A DNA stretch of 63,426 bases, the filler included, from Asterionella formosa (Eukaryota): NCBI GenBank assembly GCA_002256025.1. It is 15 parts of 15 records of this genome, joined end to end, with 100 filler letters (N's around TTAATTAATTAA, not from the genome) between each part and the next. Parts side by side here need not be neighbours in the genome. Positions count along the whole stretch, not along the records: positions 62,073 to 63,426 come from NKIB01002863.1; 14 more parts are not named here. The stretch is one strand, 5' to 3'. The notes beneath the pieces were generated by a model, which was given only the letters and a program-made list of their open reading frames with translations, was not told the DNA's origin and made no database searches. Below are positions 62,073 through 63,426 of the stretch, in pieces. How positions within the stretch are numbered: position 1 is the stretch's first letter; every line of letters starts with the position of its first letter. A program made the translations under genes and the position numbers.

Positions 62073-62870
62073 AGTTAACACAGTCACCAATTTACCAGAA
62101 ATTTCACATATCAATAATAAGACATCAGAATATATTGCGATGAAATTTAAAAATGATTGGTTGGACGGATATCTCCGTCCAGAAGGTTGTATACATGACA
62201 ATGGAGGTCAATTAACTGGTATTCCTTTCATACACATTAAAAGCCTATGTACAAGTCATGTTAAAGGCTCATCCTCCAATCAAGGAATTTCAAGTTCAGA
62301 ATATTGTGGATACCAGTTTGCTGCATCATATGCAGCTCGAGCTACTATTTATAGTACATTGTGTTTTTTCACCAGGAACATGGGTTTTCCAACATCATTT
62401 GATTACAGATATGTAATTGATATTGGGATATCAATGTCGATAAGTGATAATTGACAAATGACTACGTCGTGATAATTTCCGTCGTCGTTCTTGCGATTAC
62501 AAGGTTGTTGATGAGGTTTTAATCCTATTGGATAATCCTACTACCTTGGATAACCATGGACGAGGTCCTTATTCTATTTATTCAAGTATATGCCAATGGT
62601 ACAGTTACTTTTCAACAAACTATGCATACTACGGAACGAATTAATATCCATTACATCAAACCTTTTCAAAGGTATAAGGTTTTCCCTTGGTGTGGGAGAG
62701 TGAGCGATCTTGCGCATCAATACAGATGTATATAGGGTTAGTGTTATATCATATATGTATGAGAACTCAATAATGAGAGAACTCGACTAACCCTCATTGT
62801 ATACTTTGGTGTCGACTTGGAGAACGAGTTACACACACAAGGATTAACAAATAAGCTCATATATTCAACA
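62073..62870 (+). mobile_element. Decayed Ty3/gypsy integrase 3' end with PPT and possible LTR
   Basis: NDWL..RPEGCIHDNGG and GPYSI..NGTVT..ERINI..IKPF motifs. GGGAGAG|TG at 62700; candidate LTR end ..TCAACA at 62870. Confidence 0.7.
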
Positions 62871-63426
62871 AATACTACTACTTCTAGTTAGATACTTCAC
62901 CAGGTACCAGGGGTACCATCGTCAGGTACTGATATGTGGGTATAGTGAAAGTTGTACAGGCAGTCGACAATTTTGTAATGATCAATCTAGGTACCCTGGT
63001 ACCAGGTACCAGTACGCATGTGTGATGGATGTCTCGTCAGTCATCAAAAACCATTCAAAGGTATTCCGTCATAATGTGTATCATATATGCATTTACCGGT
63101 ATATTATTCATTGCCTATACCTCACAGTACCAGGTACTCCGTACGACGAACCCTCCTGTGCTGGCGATCATCGAGGAAATGAAGGTACCAGGTAGTGCAG
63201 AGTGGTATGTTGCAAATCAGCCGATGCATTGCGACGAAAGTCGTGATGTGGAAGCACAGGCTGATCATGGACTGACCAAAACCGCAGCGGAGTACGATAA
63301 TTGTGCGACCACCGTGAAGGTCATCAATTTCGTGACAACCCCTTACTATTTCGGGTGGTTGTTGATGAATGCCAATACGGTATATAAGAAACATGTCAGT
63401 TATTGCACATGCATACAGCCATGTTC

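Overview
This window is eukaryotic nuclear DNA, very probably from a diatom. The evidence is ASAF-type bipartite plastid presequences, RXL motifs, CoDi-type Ty1/copia elements and short GT-AG introns. It is not one locus: 15 contigs are joined by artificial 100-bp linkers (N44-TTAATTAATTAA-N44), namely two ~22-kb contigs (1-22221, 22322-44509) and thirteen ~1.35-kb contigs, so gene neighbourhoods across linkers mean nothing. Host genes: two paralogous Sulfotransfer_2-type sulfotransferases, a RING-H2 ligase, an MDM2-type RING protein, an FAD monooxygenase, a GPR1/FUN34/YaaH transporter, DNAJC11, several plastid-targeted or secreted unknown proteins, an LRR protein, and pseudogenes of an aspartyl protease and of mitochondrial intermediate peptidase. 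Mobile DNA is abundant: three large copia pieces plus a short relic, two gypsy relics, a PIF/Harbinger element with intact termini, a second Harbinger relic and several MITE-like palindromes. The most notable observations are: (1) a candidate tRNA-derived SINE with a 12-bp TSD; (2) an LRR gene whose near-identical 84-nt repeats vary mostly at predicted ligand-facing codons; (3) telomere-type TTAGGG tracts inside a copia pol linker; (4) a window-wide palindromic GTACCTGGTACCAGGTAC motif family; (5) a silaffin-like Lys/Thr/Pro secreted protein. No CRISPR array, rRNA or intact tRNA was seen. I cannot demonstrate a new multi-gene system from the sequence alone.
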